From Bigelowiella natans CCMP2755 (lineage: Eukaryota > Protista > Cercozoa): a DNA stretch of 64,000 nt. Below, in pieces: positions 49,619-64,000 of this stretch. The stretch spans positions 11,173 through 75,172 of the forward strand of contig ADNK01002345.1 in NCBI GenBank assembly GCA_000320545.1, read 5' to 3'. The notes beneath the pieces are model-generated. The model was not told where the DNA came from. It worked only from the letters and a program-made list of their open reading frames with translations, and did no database searches. Each line of letters starts with the position of its first letter. Position 1 is the stretch's first letter. The position numbers and the translations under genes are program-made.

Positions 49619-50719
49619 TCACAGTTCGGCATCTTTGCCAGTCAGGATCTTGAAGATCTCCTTGTACTTCTCCATTGCCTTTTCGCAAACCTCCTTGGGA
49701 AGGGGAACCCCCACCCCCGTCGCGGTCGAAGTTGATGGAGATGAGGTAGTCACGGACGTACTGCTTGTCGAGTGAGTCTTGCTGCTGCCCGACAACGTAT
49801 TTCTTCTTATCCCAGTACCGGGAGCTATCAGGCGTAAGCACCTCGTCGCCAACTATGAGTAGACCCTCGAGCAGGCCCATCTCAAACTTCGTGTCAGCGA
49901 TGATTATTCCCTTCGACTCCGCGTACTTCACAGCTTCGCCGAAAAGCTTCAGGGCGGTCTCTTTGAGGTCTTTGAAGTTGAATCCCTGTTTTTTCAAGAT
50001 CCCTGCGGCCTGCTCCTCGGTGATGTTCTCATCGTGATCTCCGAACGCCGCCTTTGTGGCAGGGGTGAATATAACAGAAGGAAGCTTTTGGCAGTTTCGG
50101 AGGCCCTCGGGGAGCTTGTGGCCGCATACAGCGCCGCTCTTCTGATAATCTTTGAAACCAGAGCCAGTAAGGTATGCGCGACAGACAGCCTCGACGGGAA
50201 TCATCTTAAGCTTCTTTACGAGCATACATCGGCCCTTAAGTACCTCCTTGTGCTTCTGCACTTCCTTCGGCATCTTATCGATGTCGCAGGTGATCATATG
50301 GTTTTTGACACCGCATTTTTCCTCCAGGTAGTTGAACCAGAACTCGGAGAGCTGGTTGAGGATCTTGCCCTTACCTGGGACTGGGGTAGTCATGACGCGG
50401 TCGAAGGAAGAGATGCGGTCGGACACAACGAAAAGAGACGTCTTCTCATCAACTTCATACACATCCCTTACTTTCCCCTTGTAGACCTAAGAAATTTTCC
50501 CGGGTTAGATTCATTGACTTTGCAGCGAGGTGGTGTGTATTTCAGAGGGAGACATTATGTGGTGTGTGTGTGTGTGTGTTTGTGTTTGTGTCTGTGTTGT
50601 GTGTTTGGGACGGCGATAGTGTTCAGCCACATAGCACGCAGCACCTTTTTGAGGCCTTCGAGGTTGGTGTCGAGCACTCCCTTTGCAAAATATTCTGTGT
50701 TTTCTTTTGCCTCGGCCAT
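49619..50719 (-). CDS. ADE1: SAICAR synthetase (phosphoribosylaminoimidazole-succinocarboxamide synthase); one intron; apparent frameshift near 49720
   Basis: MAEAKENTEYFAKGVLDTNLEGLKK|VYKGKVRDVY...SDRISSFD...GKGKILNQLS.FWF...FTPATKA...HDENI...IIADTKFEMG...DEVLTPDSSRYW...DKQYVRDYL. The C-terminus PLPKEV..KY.EIF..LTG is in another frame. Confidence 0.95.
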
Positions 50720-51149
50720 GATTCAAGCTTTGGATTCTGGGGTGGATTGGTGTTCTCCTTTTGTGAGATACTTTTAAATTATTATTTCCGAAGCTCTCAG
50801 TCTTGAATATTGCAATAAACTCCTCCTTTAATTACTAAAAGCAGGATATTTTATGAATTTGATCCTGCTCTCAGGAGAAATGTAGCACTTATCGCGGTAT
50901 GTCAGCCTTCCCGAAAGGGAATTGAAATCTGAACTACCGCATGCCATCTGTTATGAGATGCGACATGCAAAATCAGCATTTTCTTTTCAAAATCGGGTGG
51001 CATTTTGTACTCCCCTCGTCCGACTACTGTCCAACCCCCTCCTGCATCGGTGGATTTTCGTGGGAAAACTCCGTCGTGACGGATTCTGGGAGATTTCGCC
51101 CAAAAAACGCCCTTTCTCCTCGGTGGAAAAGTCAGTACATGTACACGAG

Positions 51150-52362
51150 GCATGGAAATACTCCGGACAACGTTGTTGTTTATTGTTCTGCAATAAAGAC
51201 GATATCCGCGATGTTTGCTCGATATTCTGTGTGCTAGACCTGCGGGTCGTCCGGAGGGCCGCCGAGTGTTGCCAGAAGCCGATGAACCAATTCTTGGCGA
51301 TTTCTTTGCGATTCCTACCCGATGTTTCAAGGGTATTATATAGTCCAAATTGTGCACCAATATTAATATCCTTTTGAGATATTTCCCGCATATAATTTTG
51401 CCTGTTCGAGGGGGAAGTATTAGTCAACGGCTCGGAAGGGCTACGAGTACTCCGACTCCCAGGGATGGAGGCCCTGCATGCCTTGATGGTGGAGGCTGAT
51501 GGGGATGATCGTCTGGGCAACGGGTAGATAATACTGCATTCCTCTGCTCACATAGTTCGTCTCTTTAAAATGTGCTTATCTTACTTCTCTCGCCACGAGA
51601 AACAAGACACTAACGCACAAGCTGTGTTGTTGACCATCACTGCTGCTGCTGCTGCTGCTGCTGCTACACGTTTTAGCACCAAAGCGATCGTCTTCGACAT
51701 CAATCTTCTCCAGCGCCTGCTTGCTCGAAACCGCAATCAGCATCGAGGAGCAGTGTACTATCGGAGGCTCCAGAGGGTGCTGTTCTACTATTGAGGATAC
51801 GTGCCACTGCTTTTCACGAAAACGCGCAGCTGATTCCCACTTCCCTCGAGTAGGTTCACAAGGTTCTGGAGCAGCTGCGAAAGGACACAGTACTTTGTTT
51901 CAAAGAAGACAAGTCATTAGAGAATTCGGAGGGGGAGGGCTATGTGTCCACCCTCTGTGAAATGGGTTCTATGGTTAGCGAGGTAAAATGCAGACAAATA
52001 TCGAGGGGGGGCGGGGTAGGGACTAGATGAGTGCAGGAGGCTTTATATCGTGCCACCCAGTCCAATATTCACTGTTGTTATCTCGAATCACATAGGCGGT
52101 GAAGCAAATAAAGAATTCAAGCTCCTTGGTAAGATTCGAAACTTCCTCTCTGATGTATTCCCCACTCCCCTCCCCCCCCCGTCGTTTCTAGCTCTCCATG
52201 CGCGCGCGCGTGCTTGTGAGTGTGTGTGTGTGTGTCGTAACTGTCACTTTACAAAGGTAATCAGTCTTCTGGCCAACACATTCTTCATGGCTTTCGCGCT
52301 GACTATCTTCAGGTCTAATGAGGCGAAACACACGCAAACACATGCGGAAACATACGCACACA

Positions 52363-52404
<42 letters not shown>

Positions 52405-54691
52405 ATGTATATATGTATATGTATGTGTATATTATATAAAGAGAGAGTAACAGGTTTGAACCCAAAACCTTAATGCCGCTCTCCACCCAACTTCCATGTT
52501 GTTCTGGTGCGCAGCCTCCTCGCCAACATCCACGAAGCCCTCGTTCCAGTGCTAAAACTGCTTTCGAAGGAGTTCCTCAACCTCTCGCCCCACCAAATCC
52601 CGGAGAAATACCGGGATGAGAACCCGGAATGGCTGCTGAGAAGATCATCGATGTCGCACAACGTAAGGGAGCAAAGCTACAATCGACTCAAAGCAGCATG
52701 CATCCGAAAAGCTTCAAAACCAGAAACGCATGCATAATCCCCCCCCCACCCCACCCCCCCTTGCTGCTATTGCTGTGCGTTCATCGACCGATAGATTTAT
52801 CTGTACTGTCTTATGCTTCCATCGTCACTCTCTGATATTTCTTGGTATTTTTTCCCGCGCAACACCAGGATAGGGCAAAGCTCCCGGGCACTTCGGCAGC
52901 AGCTTCCTCACCAGCCATTGGAACCTCTTCGGCGTCGACAATCGCGGCAGTAACGACGAGTGAAGAAGCACGACAATATCAAAAGCAGCAGCAGCCCTTT
53001 GCCCTCCTTGCATTACCGGACTCAGAATCGGATCACAGCGACGACGATGATGATGGTAAAGATGATGGAGTCGAGGGAAAGGAAAATTCTAGTGTCCACA
53101 AGGAGGAGAATAACGATACGGCTATGATGATGAAGAAGAAAGGGACAGGAAGAAGTCAGATTGATCAGCCTGGCAATGCTGCGGCGACAGAAGAGGTTTG
53201 ATGAGCATTATGCTTAATTAATCCAAGGGTGTTGTTCGGCGACTGGTACTGCTGCTACTCTGGTGGTGGTGATGATGATGGTGATGACGATGTGATGACG
53301 ATCGGTGATATTGTGATTGATGACAACAATGATGATGTGCCATTTTTCCTTTGCTGCTGACGACTCCTCTCGCAAGTGGCGAGGGGCCATAGCGTTATAC
53401 TTGACACAAACGATTGTGATCTCAGGACGGTGGTGCTGACGGCGATGATGACGACGACGGCTTTATCCCGCTCACTCTTCCGCCGTCCCCTCCTGCCCGC
53501 TGTAGGGTTACTACCGGAAATCCCCGGCTGCCAAAGAAAGCAAAACGAGGAAGGGACGAGGAGAGGAGCAAGAACGAGGAGCGTGAGGCGAAAACAGTCA
53601 TTCTTAAGGACTTTTCCGGGCCATCGAGGCCGCAGGAATTCGATGTCGCTGGCGATTCAGATGACGACGAGGACGCGGAGGGGGGGAGGGGGGGGGTTGA
53701 TTTCGTCGATGACACCAAGAATCGAGTCGTGGGCTCCATTAGTGAAAGAGGAAGTACCGCTCGAGGTGAGAAGCAGACATCAACAGCGGAGAAGCAAAAG
53801 CACCAGCAACAAGCAACTACAGGGACTTTGAAAATGGAAGGGGGCAAGGACCGCCGCGGCTCCTCCCAGAATAACACGGGAAGAAGCGACACTAGGATCG
53901 ATAACGATGCGGAGAGGATACGCAGAAGTAGTAGTAAGAGTAGTAGTGGTGGTGGTGGAGGTACCGGTAAGAAGCGCAAGCAGCCTCCGCCCTCAGGCAA
54001 CGGTGTATCCCACAAGACCGACGGGAAGAAGAAAAAGTACAGCACGATGACGACGGCGGCAATGGAGAAGCAGAAGAAGAACAAGAAGAAGGTGAGGATG
54101 GAAAAGAGGCAGAGTGTGGTCACAACCCTCCCTACCTCTGCAACTCGCCTCCCCCCTTCCCGTCAAGAGGGGATCCTCCCCGTGATGAAGGCGTCATCGT
54201 TATGCACGACGACCACGACGACCGGGGAACCAACTGTACCTGGGAAGATAGAGGGTACTCCTCAGGATGATGATACTGCAAGTGGCAGGACAAAGAAGAG
54301 GAAGAACAAGAAGAAGAAGAAGAGGAAAAGCGCGGCAGCCTCCGCAGCCTCGCCTCCTCCATTATCACACGAGAAGATCAAGGCAGCATTAGGCGGACCG
54401 AATCTGAAGATTAAGAAGAGGAAGACGAAGAAGAAGAAGATGACGAATATAGGGTATGGCGGCTGTAGCACTGGGAACACTAACACTGAGATGGGTACAA
54501 GCAGCCGTGATAAGACGCCAGAAACGGAGATCGAGAAAGATATGATGGCTAAAGGGAGGAAGAAGATGAAGAAGAAGCACCATAAGAAGAAAAAGAAGAG
54601 TGGTGCCAACAAAATGAAAAGTAGCGGCAAGGCCTCGTCATCTGCAACCACGGAGATCGATGACATCTTTAGCCTTTTTGGGAACGAGTAA
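51150..54691 (+). CDS. Probable RNase MRP subunit Rmp1/NEPRO-like protein with a long Lys-rich nucleolar-type tail; start approximate
   Basis: Exon LLQRLLARNRNQHRGAVYYRRLQR resembles the Rmp1 'RNKNQHR' motif, followed by LLANTFFMAFALTIF. The C-terminal exon is Lys-rich and ends EIDDIFSLFGNE*. Confidence 0.55.
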
Positions 54692-55277
54692 TGATACGAA
54701 GTAAACCGACATGATAACTGTGTGGTTATTGGCCATGCGTCAGTCCGCGTACCTCGCTCTGGCAGCTCACATGCAGTGTAATATAGATGATGAGTCCTTA
54801 GTTAGCTTGTCAGCAAGTGCGCTGCAGCGCTATACTGCCATGCTTATTGATGCTGCAATACTGCTATACGACAAAGCACCATTATCCATAGCTAGTCGCA
54901 TGCACGCATGCATGTGTGATGTAGGTTATTACGAAGGCAAGCGCCGCTTTACCATGGCTACATTAGGATGAATATTGAAAAGATGTAATTATTTCATTAC
55001 ATCCGCATAGCAGAACAAGTAAATTTAAGAGTATGTCTAGATTGCCATACGCTACGTACGCTGGCACGCGCATCTGCATGCTTCGAAGCAAGAATCATCA
55101 CGTAACTTGCAATGCGGTACATAGCTATTTTGCCAACGCAACGCAGAAAAGCGAAGGAGGTAACTTCCATATCTGATGATACTCGGAGAACCTGCTAATT
55201 TTGAGAGGTGATGCATTATAGCATGCTCTTGCGAATACTTGCCATGGCATCCTAGCCACTTAAAACCCAGCTAGCTA

Positions 55278-56798
55278 CTACCGTTTCTTGGGCGACTTGG
55301 CGCTGCGCCTTTTCTTCACGGACTTGGTGGCCTTGCCGAGCTCCACCTCCTTCACGCGCGCGGCAAACTTGAGCGAGTTGGTGGACTCGGCGTAGTCGCT
55401 GATGGAGGGGGAGATCTGCACGAACATCAGCGTCTTGGAGTTCTTCGCGAGGGAGTCCTGCAGGATGCGCGTCAGGACCGAGTCACGGTAAGGGACGTGG
55501 TCCTTCTTATTCGCGCGCGCGGCGATGCAGTTTCCAAGCGCGGAGAGCGACTTGTTGATCTCCTGAGCCTCCACCTTGGACTGCCCCGTGGCCCCCGAGC
55601 GTGAGAGCCGCTCGGATCCTGCTAAGTCGATGAGGTGCAGTTTGCCGAAGCTGCTGTTGCGCGACATCGTGTCCTGCCCCTCGCAGTATATCGTGAGGAT
55701 CAGGTGGCTCCGCGACGAGTCCTTGTTCATCTTCGTCTCTCCGACCGATCGGTTCTTCACTCTGTAAGGGGGGGGAGGGCGAGGTGGAGGAGAAGGGTTG
55801 CAAAAACCAAAGGTGAGTTTCGAAACAGTCGGATTTGTGCTACGTGCTCCACTGTGCTTTCTTTCAATCGACTAATGTTTCTGCGGATTAGACCACTTCG
55901 AGGCGCTATTTACTCACCCCAGCGCCATCGCCTTGCGCACGTCTTCTATTGTGTCGATATTCCGTATCGTGAGCCCTGGCACCTCGATGTTGCCGTTGCG
56001 GTTCTCGCGCGGGACGAGCTTCTTATCGAGGTCCTGCTTGGAGGAGATTAGGTCCTGGATCTTATCGTTGTAGATCTCCAGCAGCGAGAGGCGCACGTCG
56101 AATTTCACGTTCGCGCGCTCCTTGCAGACGTCGAAGAGGTGCTGGATGGCGCGGTAGTAGATCCCCGGGTTCTCCTTATTCCCCTGCATCGTGTAGGTCT
56201 TCCCCGAGCCCGTCTGGCCGTAGGCGAAGATGCACACGTTGTACCCGTCCACGACCGAGGTGACCAGCCCCGAGACCTCCTTGAAGACCTTGTCCTGCGT
56301 GGAGTCCAGTCGGAAGATCTGCTCAAACTCGTAGCTGACGGCCTGGCCCTCCTCGTTGCGGACCACCATCGACATGTCGTCCGCGTCCTTGGGAAACTTC
56401 ACGCAGACCTCCGAGCCCTTGTCGCGGTAGATGAGCGGCCGCACACGGCAGTACACCCGAATGTTGCCTTTGAGCTCTTGGAGCTGGTTAAAGTACTTCC
56501 GCCGGAGCTTCACCTCGCGCTTGTAGTTCTTCAGCATCTGGGCGGTGGCGCCGCTCGCGGCCTTCTCCCGTGCCTTGAGCGCCTTCAAGATTGCAGGCTT
56601 AAGATCGAGCGCAGCCGAGGGGAACTGGGAGACCTGGTGGAGATGGGTTGGAGCACGTTTTAGCCTTTCTTTCGCCTGATTTCTATGAGAATAGTCTTCT
56701 CGCAAGTGGAGAAGCGAACTCCCCCGTGATCTTTCCCGTCCTGTTTTATTCTCTCCCTTTCTCTTCTTCTTCATCCTCGCTCTCTCTCCCCCCCCCCC

Positions 56799-56855
<57 letters not shown>

Positions 56856-57313
56856 CCATCCTCTTTCTTTGTCTCTCCCGCCCCCCCCTTTCGCTCTCTC
56901 CCAACACACGCAAGTAACCAAACCATGTTCTTGAGGCCGTCGAGGGAGGATTTCAACGAGGAGCAACCAGCCTGTCGCCGCATTGTGAGGAAAGGTGGGG
57001 ATATTGGGGGGGGGGACGGAAGCAGAATGTCAGAAGAAATGGTGTAATTACAGGAAGTACTCTTTCCCTCTACATACAGCAGCATTCAATAGGAGATTAT
57101 TCACGCGCCGTTTCACAAACTCCTACTCCCGGTGCTATGAACCCCTCTGGTTGCTAGCTCCCACCCCCCCCTTGGCTTTGCTCAGCAGGTGTTTTCGCTT
57201 TTCCGAAGATTTCGGGAAAGGGCCCGCAAACTGCACGACCGCTTTGGGGTCGATCCGGGTTTGGACCCCCGTTTTGGCCCCCTTCTTGGTGGCTTGCTTA
57301 AACTAAGAGGGGG

Positions 57314-57345
<32 letters not shown>

Positions 57346-58195
57346 TGGGAGAATAAGCACAAAACCATAACAACAATGCAGCAAGTATCAATGATTTCTC
57401 TCTCACTCACTCACTCTATTTCCCCCTCGCTCGCTCGCTCGCCAGGTTGTGTCCTCGAGTGCGTTCATACAACGACAACAACATCAACAACTACTAGTAC
57501 TCCTCCCACCCTCTTTCGCAGCTGTTCGTCGCGCTTCTTCAGGGCACTTATCGTTTCGGCAGCCTGTGAAATATAAGCAGAGGATGTTTGCCGGAGAAGA
57601 AAGGGGGGTGGGGGGGGGGGGGTGTATCTGCATCAGTAATATCACAGTAAAACACCAAAGTCTGAGATCAACCCACCCCTCTATTCTTCTTCTCCTTCTT
57701 CTCCTTCACCTCCTCTTCCTTTCACATGCACACTACACCCGCTAGTCCCCCCCTCCCCCTCAACCCCCCTTCCTCCGACCTGCTGTGGAGGTATCGGATG
57801 TTGCTGTAACGTTGAGTGCGGACGACATCGTCGAGACCATTGGTGATTCTGGCGTGCCTGTGTGTGCGAATGTAAGGATGGAACACGGTTACTGCCGTCG
57901 CCATTGTCGTTTTCATCGTCCTCGTTGCGGTGATATTGATAATGATGATGATAATGATAATGATAATGATGATGATGATGATGATGACAATGTCTTTTGC
58001 AAATTCTACGCACTCTGAGCCGCTGCAGCGGCGGAGGAGATTGCCTCCTTGTGCTTTTTCTTGAGCTTCTTGTACTTCTCCACGAGCATGTCCCTCTCGT
58101 CGATCCGCTTCTTCAGCTCCGCCTTGGTGCCATCCAGCTACACGCAACGACGGTGTGGTGATGCATTGTAATCAGAAAAACACATTCTTGGTCAG

Positions 58196-58227
<32 letters not shown>

Positions 58228-59198
58228 GTCGTCGTCGTCGTCAGCAACATCACCATAATGACTTCCACCATCGTTATCGTTAGATTCTGTTGCGACTTAC
58301 GTGTGACTTCGCGTCCGCGTATTTCCGCTCGAGCTCCTTCGCCTTGAGGATGTACCTGTTGCGACACATTCGTTGTCTTAGCACGCAAACGCCGGAGGAT
58401 GAGGAAGGAGCACAAACAACAACTCCCCAGACGTACTTGTTAACTTGCGCGAGCTTTTTGGTGATCTCCTTCATCTTCTCCTTATTACCATCAGCTTCCA
58501 GAACCTGAAAAGAGAAGAAGAAGAAGAAGAAGAAGAAGAAGAAGAAGAAAAGTCATCAACCAACAGACACCAGAAGTAATTAGCAGCGCTGTTGAATTTC
58601 GAGGGAAAGGACGCATCAGCAGATAACTAGACGATATGCTCTCGTGCTATGCATCATTATCCATCGATTTCGCACAGATACCTGGATCCTTGCGTGCAGG
58701 TGCTCGGTGACCTTTAGAAACACCGAAACAACAATGTCATCGTTACCCAGGCTTGTTGTGTATTATGGTCCCTCCTCTGCTGTGCTCTCCTTTTCTTCTT
58801 CTCTTCACCCCCTTGCTTCTCTCTCGCCACCGCCCCCCGCGCGCGCTCTCTCTTCTTCTTCTTACCTCGTCATTTTCCTTGAGCGATACCTCGTAGTCAT
58901 TGATCTTGGTGCGTAACTCCTTGTTGCTTTTCTGCATCTACCCATACCAAGACATGTTTGCGCTCAACGTGTAGCTAGCAGAGGGTCAGGTACGTTCAAG
59001 TGAGAATAGCGGGTTGGGGAAGGGGGGAGGGGGGGATGCGATACCTGTTTATCCTTCGCCTTTGCTGCGCGTTTTGCCATCTCCTTGACCTGCCGTAGGA
59101 AACCGTATAACGTGTGACGTCACCACGAATACGCATACAAACAGACAAACACACAGATAATTCATTATATCTGTACACACACACACACACACACACAC

Positions 59199-59236
<38 letters not shown>

Positions 59237-59751
59237 TGTGTGTGTGTGTGTGTGTGTGTGTGTATAGCCATAACTTACCTCACGTAGCCGACGTTGGGTG
59301 TCCTCTAGTTGCTGCTTGAGTTTCTGGAAATCGTGAGAGTACACAACGTTAACGCACACGACGTACGCACACATTTAGAAGCATAAACCACGATTAATAA
59401 TCGTATGTGTGTTTGAATAGCCTAGCCTCTGTAAGTCCTTCTTCAAACACCCCTCCTCCCCACCCACCATCACCTCCCCCCTCGCCCTGTTTTTACTAAT
59501 ACCGCGTTCTCCTTACGGTACTTGTCTGCAGCGAGCGATCCCCTTGAGAAGAACAAGCAGCAACATCGAGGACAAAGGAAAGAAGGAGGAGGAGGAGGAG
59601 GAGGAGGAGAGAGGAAGGAGAGAGAATGCGAGCGGCATTAGTTTATGCGGAGCAATGAGGAGGGAAATGCAGACATCTGAGAGTCGGTGATGGGCAAGGA
59701 CAGCGTATTTCTCTTTCAGTAGCAGAAATTTAGCACACACTCACACACACA

Positions 59752-59799
<48 letters not shown>

Positions 59800-60103
59800 T
59801 ACAACGCATGCTTTTCATATGATTCACCCGCCACGTTTGGCATTTTCTATAAGATCCTCGTCATCTCCCGAGAGTTGTTCGTCTGCCGAATCCACAATGT
59901 CTTCATCGCCTTTTGAAACAAAAGGGAGAGGGGTGAGGAGCTCAGTTGGAACACGAAAAGGACGGTGCCGATCAGATGATCACTGCCAAAGCTATGTATA
60001 ATACATAATCATGTACATTTATGTACATGTGTATGTGTGCAGGTTTGTATTCGAATGAAAGGTAAGGTCAGGGAGAATCATGATGTATCTGTCTTAAAGC
60101 ACA

Positions 60104-60134
<31 letters not shown>

Positions 60135-60365
60135 GCAAAAACACCTAATCCGAGCTCGTCGTTGAGCTTTGACTTATCCTCGGCCTAATAGTTCGAAGAG
60201 AATAGAATGCGTGACTTTCTGTACTACTATGTATCTCCTTGGGGAGAGGAGGTTGAGGAGAGAGGGAGGAGGGGGAAATGAAAAACACTTCCTAGCAATA
60301 TGATGGAGACCTTCATCGACTGTTCGGCTACTTGCGGATTATATTCCGCAGGGCGGTTCCACTGT
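55278..60365 (-). CDS. Kinesin-14 (C-terminal motor, KIFC3-like) with N-terminal coiled-coil exons; 5' end may extend to ~61.1 kb
   Basis: Motifs FNQLQELKGNIRVYCRVRP, VDGYNVCIFAYGQTGSGKTYTM, SSRSH, LIDLAGSER, HVPYRDS.LT..LQDSL, KTLMFVQISP. Confidence 0.95.
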
Positions 60366-61387
60366 GAGGAGGAGGAAGGGGATGTGGAAAAGATGTAATT
60401 CATCAGACGATGGTTATCATTAAGATCGAGTAATCTTTGACGTACGTGCGTCAATACGATTAACAGCCAGCAAACAGCGCGCGCCTATCTGCTGTTCATT
60501 TTTTAGAATGCAACCATTAAACCCCTCTTACCCCCTTTCGCACCTGCTGTGACATCGCCAAATGGACAAAAAGGCCTCTTCTCTTTGACAGAACTGTCAG
60601 GGGGAATAGAAAACCAAGATGGGGATTCAGGATTGCGCGAGAGGGGGGAACGAACACGAGTCACCGCGTGCTTTACCTTAACTCTGACTCAAACACAGCA
60701 CGCACCCCGCCGTTGCTGTAATCCCGGGCGGCGATGTGAACAGCACCGAAGTGATGGAAAAGAAGGGGTGGGTGGTGGGCAGGGAGGGGTCGACCGCTTT
60801 CCGACTCTGGCCGTATCCTGCTGTCAAGTAGCTACACTCTTCGCGAGTTGGGGGAGAGACCCGTTACTGGACGGAAAGGAAGAAATACGAAGACTTGCGA
60901 CATCAAAATTGGCATGTCGCAGTAAGAAAACCACTACGTTTTGCGTCTACGATGGCCCACTTCACCGCTGTCAAGGCACGTTGCCAAGCGGGAAAACGGG
61001 TAGGACCCTGCGATTCCAGACTGCGACAACAGCAGGACGCCCTATCCGGCTCGTAACAGCCCTCTGCCTTCTCGTCCCGATATATCCTGTGAGATTTCGG
61101 TCCAAAATTCATGCCGGAACTACCTTCCAGCGGTATCTACGGGTCGCTACGGGTCGTAGTGTGTGGAGTATTTTGAGAGCCGCGGACTGTCGTAGTCAAA
61201 ATAGACCAAAACATGTAGATATTATTGGTATATTATCTGAAAAAGACGTCACTGTTCGTGAGCCATTCTGCTCGGAAGCGAAGCCCTCGATCAAGAGCAG
61301 AGCTGCCAGCACGCGAAACCCAGGCTGGCCTCCTCCCCCCCCCACACCCGGCAGCAAGTAGGAGCTTGCATAAAGGGGGGCGGGATA

Positions 61388-62505
61388 ATGGCCAACGATG
61401 ATCTTTACGAAGTTGAAATGTCGACGTGGTTTCTGCGCCCGTCACTCGCTTTCACGTTCCTTGTCATCACCTCCCTTGTGATCCTCTACGACGAGTCGTT
61501 CTGGCATGAGCTTCGGGGGCGCACAGAGGCCAAGGAATTTGGCTTGACTCTAGAGATCGACCCGAACATAACGAAAACTGGTAGATTTGAGCTTTCTTCT
61601 CTGCCCCCGCTGCCCCTCCATGATCATCATCATCACCGTCATCTTCAGCCTCGCGCTGCCGCTTTTCCATCCCCCCCACCGCACGATCAGCGCACTCACT
61701 CTCTATGTGTTCATGGTTCGCAGTTCGCAACAACGAGCAGGGGGTGGCGAGAAGGAGGGCATCTGGAACAGATGTCGTTGAGATGGAATACCAGGCAGAT
61801 GATTGTGCTAACGGCCACCGCTTGACCTCCGACCCCAACCTGGTGCGCCTGCTTTCAAGCAAGATTGTTCTTACCGCACGCACGACACGCATACTCATAC
61901 ACATCCAAGTGTATCTTCCACAAACATAGCCTCCTAGCTGACGTGGCGTTGGGATATGTAGCCCGTCCGTGTCTCACGTGCGCGCGTATGTGCCTGCGTC
62001 TCTACACGCATACGCTCCCGTTGCATATTTGAGCCTCCTTCCCCACCCCTAAGGTCCACATGTGCGAGGGGTTACGACAGTTCGCTTTCAAGAAGATCGG
62101 AGAGGAGTATCTGATATACGACAAAGATGACAAGCGCTCTCGGAATCTGTGTGTGAGAACGATGAAAATTTGGGACATGACGACACACAAAAAACAAACT
62201 AACACACACACGCACAAGCACAAAGATAGAAACACACGTGCTCCTTACGAAATCACTACTTGCTACGCAGCACGAATATAACAAACGACGTTGCAGGTAT
62301 AAAAAGGATGAGGCTGTAAACTTGCACGATGGTAATAATCCTCCCTGCACATGATAGATTGTGATGATGAAGACGAAGTAAAAACATATTTGTATGGGCC
62401 ACTGGCGGCGACGGAACGTCACGCGCCCAGGACGATTTCCCACATCTCTCCCTATCTAAATATCTCTCCTCAAACTAAATAGTTCTCTCTCCCTTTCTCT
62501 CCCTT

Positions 62506-62572
<67 letters not shown>

Positions 62573-62690
62573 TATATGTGTGTGTGCGAGCGATATATGT
62601 TGATATATACTACGCACAGGGGATTACAACCGAACCAGTAATACATGCGGGGTATGTGACATAATATAACACATAATAATGATGTTATTA

Positions 62691-62725
<35 letters not shown>

Positions 62726-63147
62726 TGAAGACACTGCTCCTCTATCTCTCAGTCTCATTCCGCTTGGCCCTCCCCGTTGCCTCCCCCCGCCCCTCGATCG
62801 ATTTGAGCGCGCGCACTACGTCGATGATTGATTCTCTGCTCTCATCACACAACCTATAATTAGGGAATCTCCCTGGATTATGGAAGCTGCGTGCACTTTC
62901 GAAACGGCACCTATAAATCCATCGAGCGGCCGCGAGTGCAAAGTAGTGTTATCAGAAGTAATAGTAGTAGCAGTAGTAACAGTAGCAGCGGGGAAACACC
63001 TCCTGTTGAAGGTCGTCGTCCCTTGTGCTCTAGCACCGCACAGATCTTCCAGAAAGGTAAAAACAGGGGTCAGGGGGGGGGGGGGGGGAGAACTAACGTC
63101 GGAGATGCTTGACGACGATTCGTGCAGCAGCGGATGATACCCCTTAA

Positions 63148-63179
<32 letters not shown>

Positions 63180-64000
63180 TTTACAACTTGTGTCGATTCG
63201 TCATTATCATCATCATCATCATCATCATTATCATCATCGTCATCATCATCATCATCATCATCATCATCGTAGGATTCAAGTTTCAGAAGACCGGATACGC
63301 GAACCCGAAATCGGTTGTCTCCTTCTTTGTGCTGCTGCTGCTGCTGATGATGATGATGATGTGTGTGTGTGTGCGTGTGTGTGTGTGTGTATTTATTGGG
63401 AGTAGCACTGAAGAAAGACAACAAATAGAGCGTGCGAAGAGATTCTTCTTCCTCTGACTAAAATCTCTGCTGCGGAATTGTTTCCTTCCCTCTCCCTCCT
63501 TCTCTCCCCTCCCCCCCCACCCCCTCCCCCCTAGGCGTTTGCCCCGGCGAATTGCAGCCTCATTCCGGATAGACAGGGGCTCATAAGTACGGTGCATATG
63601 ATACGCGCGCGCGCATGTTGGTGCGACTAGCAGCCAACTCGTCATTATTTTCCCCTTCTTCAAAAGTGTCAAGCTAGGAAAAGTCACTGATGAAAAGAGA
63701 CAGGTAGGATAGGAAATGTATGGTCAAGTGTAGTATCTACATTGTGCGATGTTTTCCCTAAAACGAAGGACATTTTCTGGAAGGTTGAAAAATATTTTTT
63801 TCTTCTTTTCTTCTTAGGTCCTAGTCGAACAAACTGCGAAATTTGAAGAAAGCTTGAAAGAATCGATCGCCAACCTCAAAGGCGATATTGGCCCTAGCTA
63901 TTCCCATCTTGACAATATACACAGTCGCCAAACGGGGTACAGGCAGCCGCAAATCAGAAGCAGCTGTAAAAAGCTGCTCGAAAGTACTCACCACCTGGAT
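61388..64000 (+). CDS. Hypothetical type II membrane protein, multi-exon, runs off the end of the window
   Basis: ATG exon with a TM segment (LAFTFLVITSLVILY), followed by a series of GT-AG-bounded non-repetitive exons up to the window edge. Confidence 0.5.

Noticed and set aside
60549-61361. 270-aa plus-strand ORF
   Set aside because: GTG start, no recognisable motifs, and it lies in the divergent promoter or 5' region of the kinesin and the last gene.
1-64000. tRNA, rRNA or intact transposon
   Set aside because: None recognised by eye. Covariance-model and repeat searches would be needed to exclude them.

Overview
Eukaryotic (protist-like) nuclear DNA with GT-AG spliceosomal introns, many of them filled with microsatellites, so most ORFs in the track are artefacts. 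I spliced the exons by hand and recovered about 16 genes: an intronless 725-aa protein with a duplicated N-terminal module, a GT92-like glycosyltransferase, an ABCC/MRP transporter (plus a decayed copy of its last two exons), a CTL/SLC44-like membrane protein, a gluzincin metallopeptidase, PPP4R2, a head-to-head pair of LC8 dynein light chains, G-protein beta, an arylamine N-acetyltransferase, a secreted or anchored beta-propeller, SAICAR synthetase, an Rmp1/NEPRO-like protein, a kinesin-14 and two hypothetical genes. The most striking unexplained signal is intergenic. At least six 0.7-1.5 kb domains have lost nearly every TpA dinucleotide except inside CTAG (with a few CTA/TAG half-sites). 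CpG is retained, TG/CA are enriched and CTAG is often expanded into (CTAG)n runs. This looks like a targeted, context-specific TpA->TpG/CpA mutational process, opposite in direction to fungal RIP, acting on non-genic or repeat DNA. All counts are hand counts, and family calls are from recalled motifs rather than database searches. The species cannot be determined from this window.
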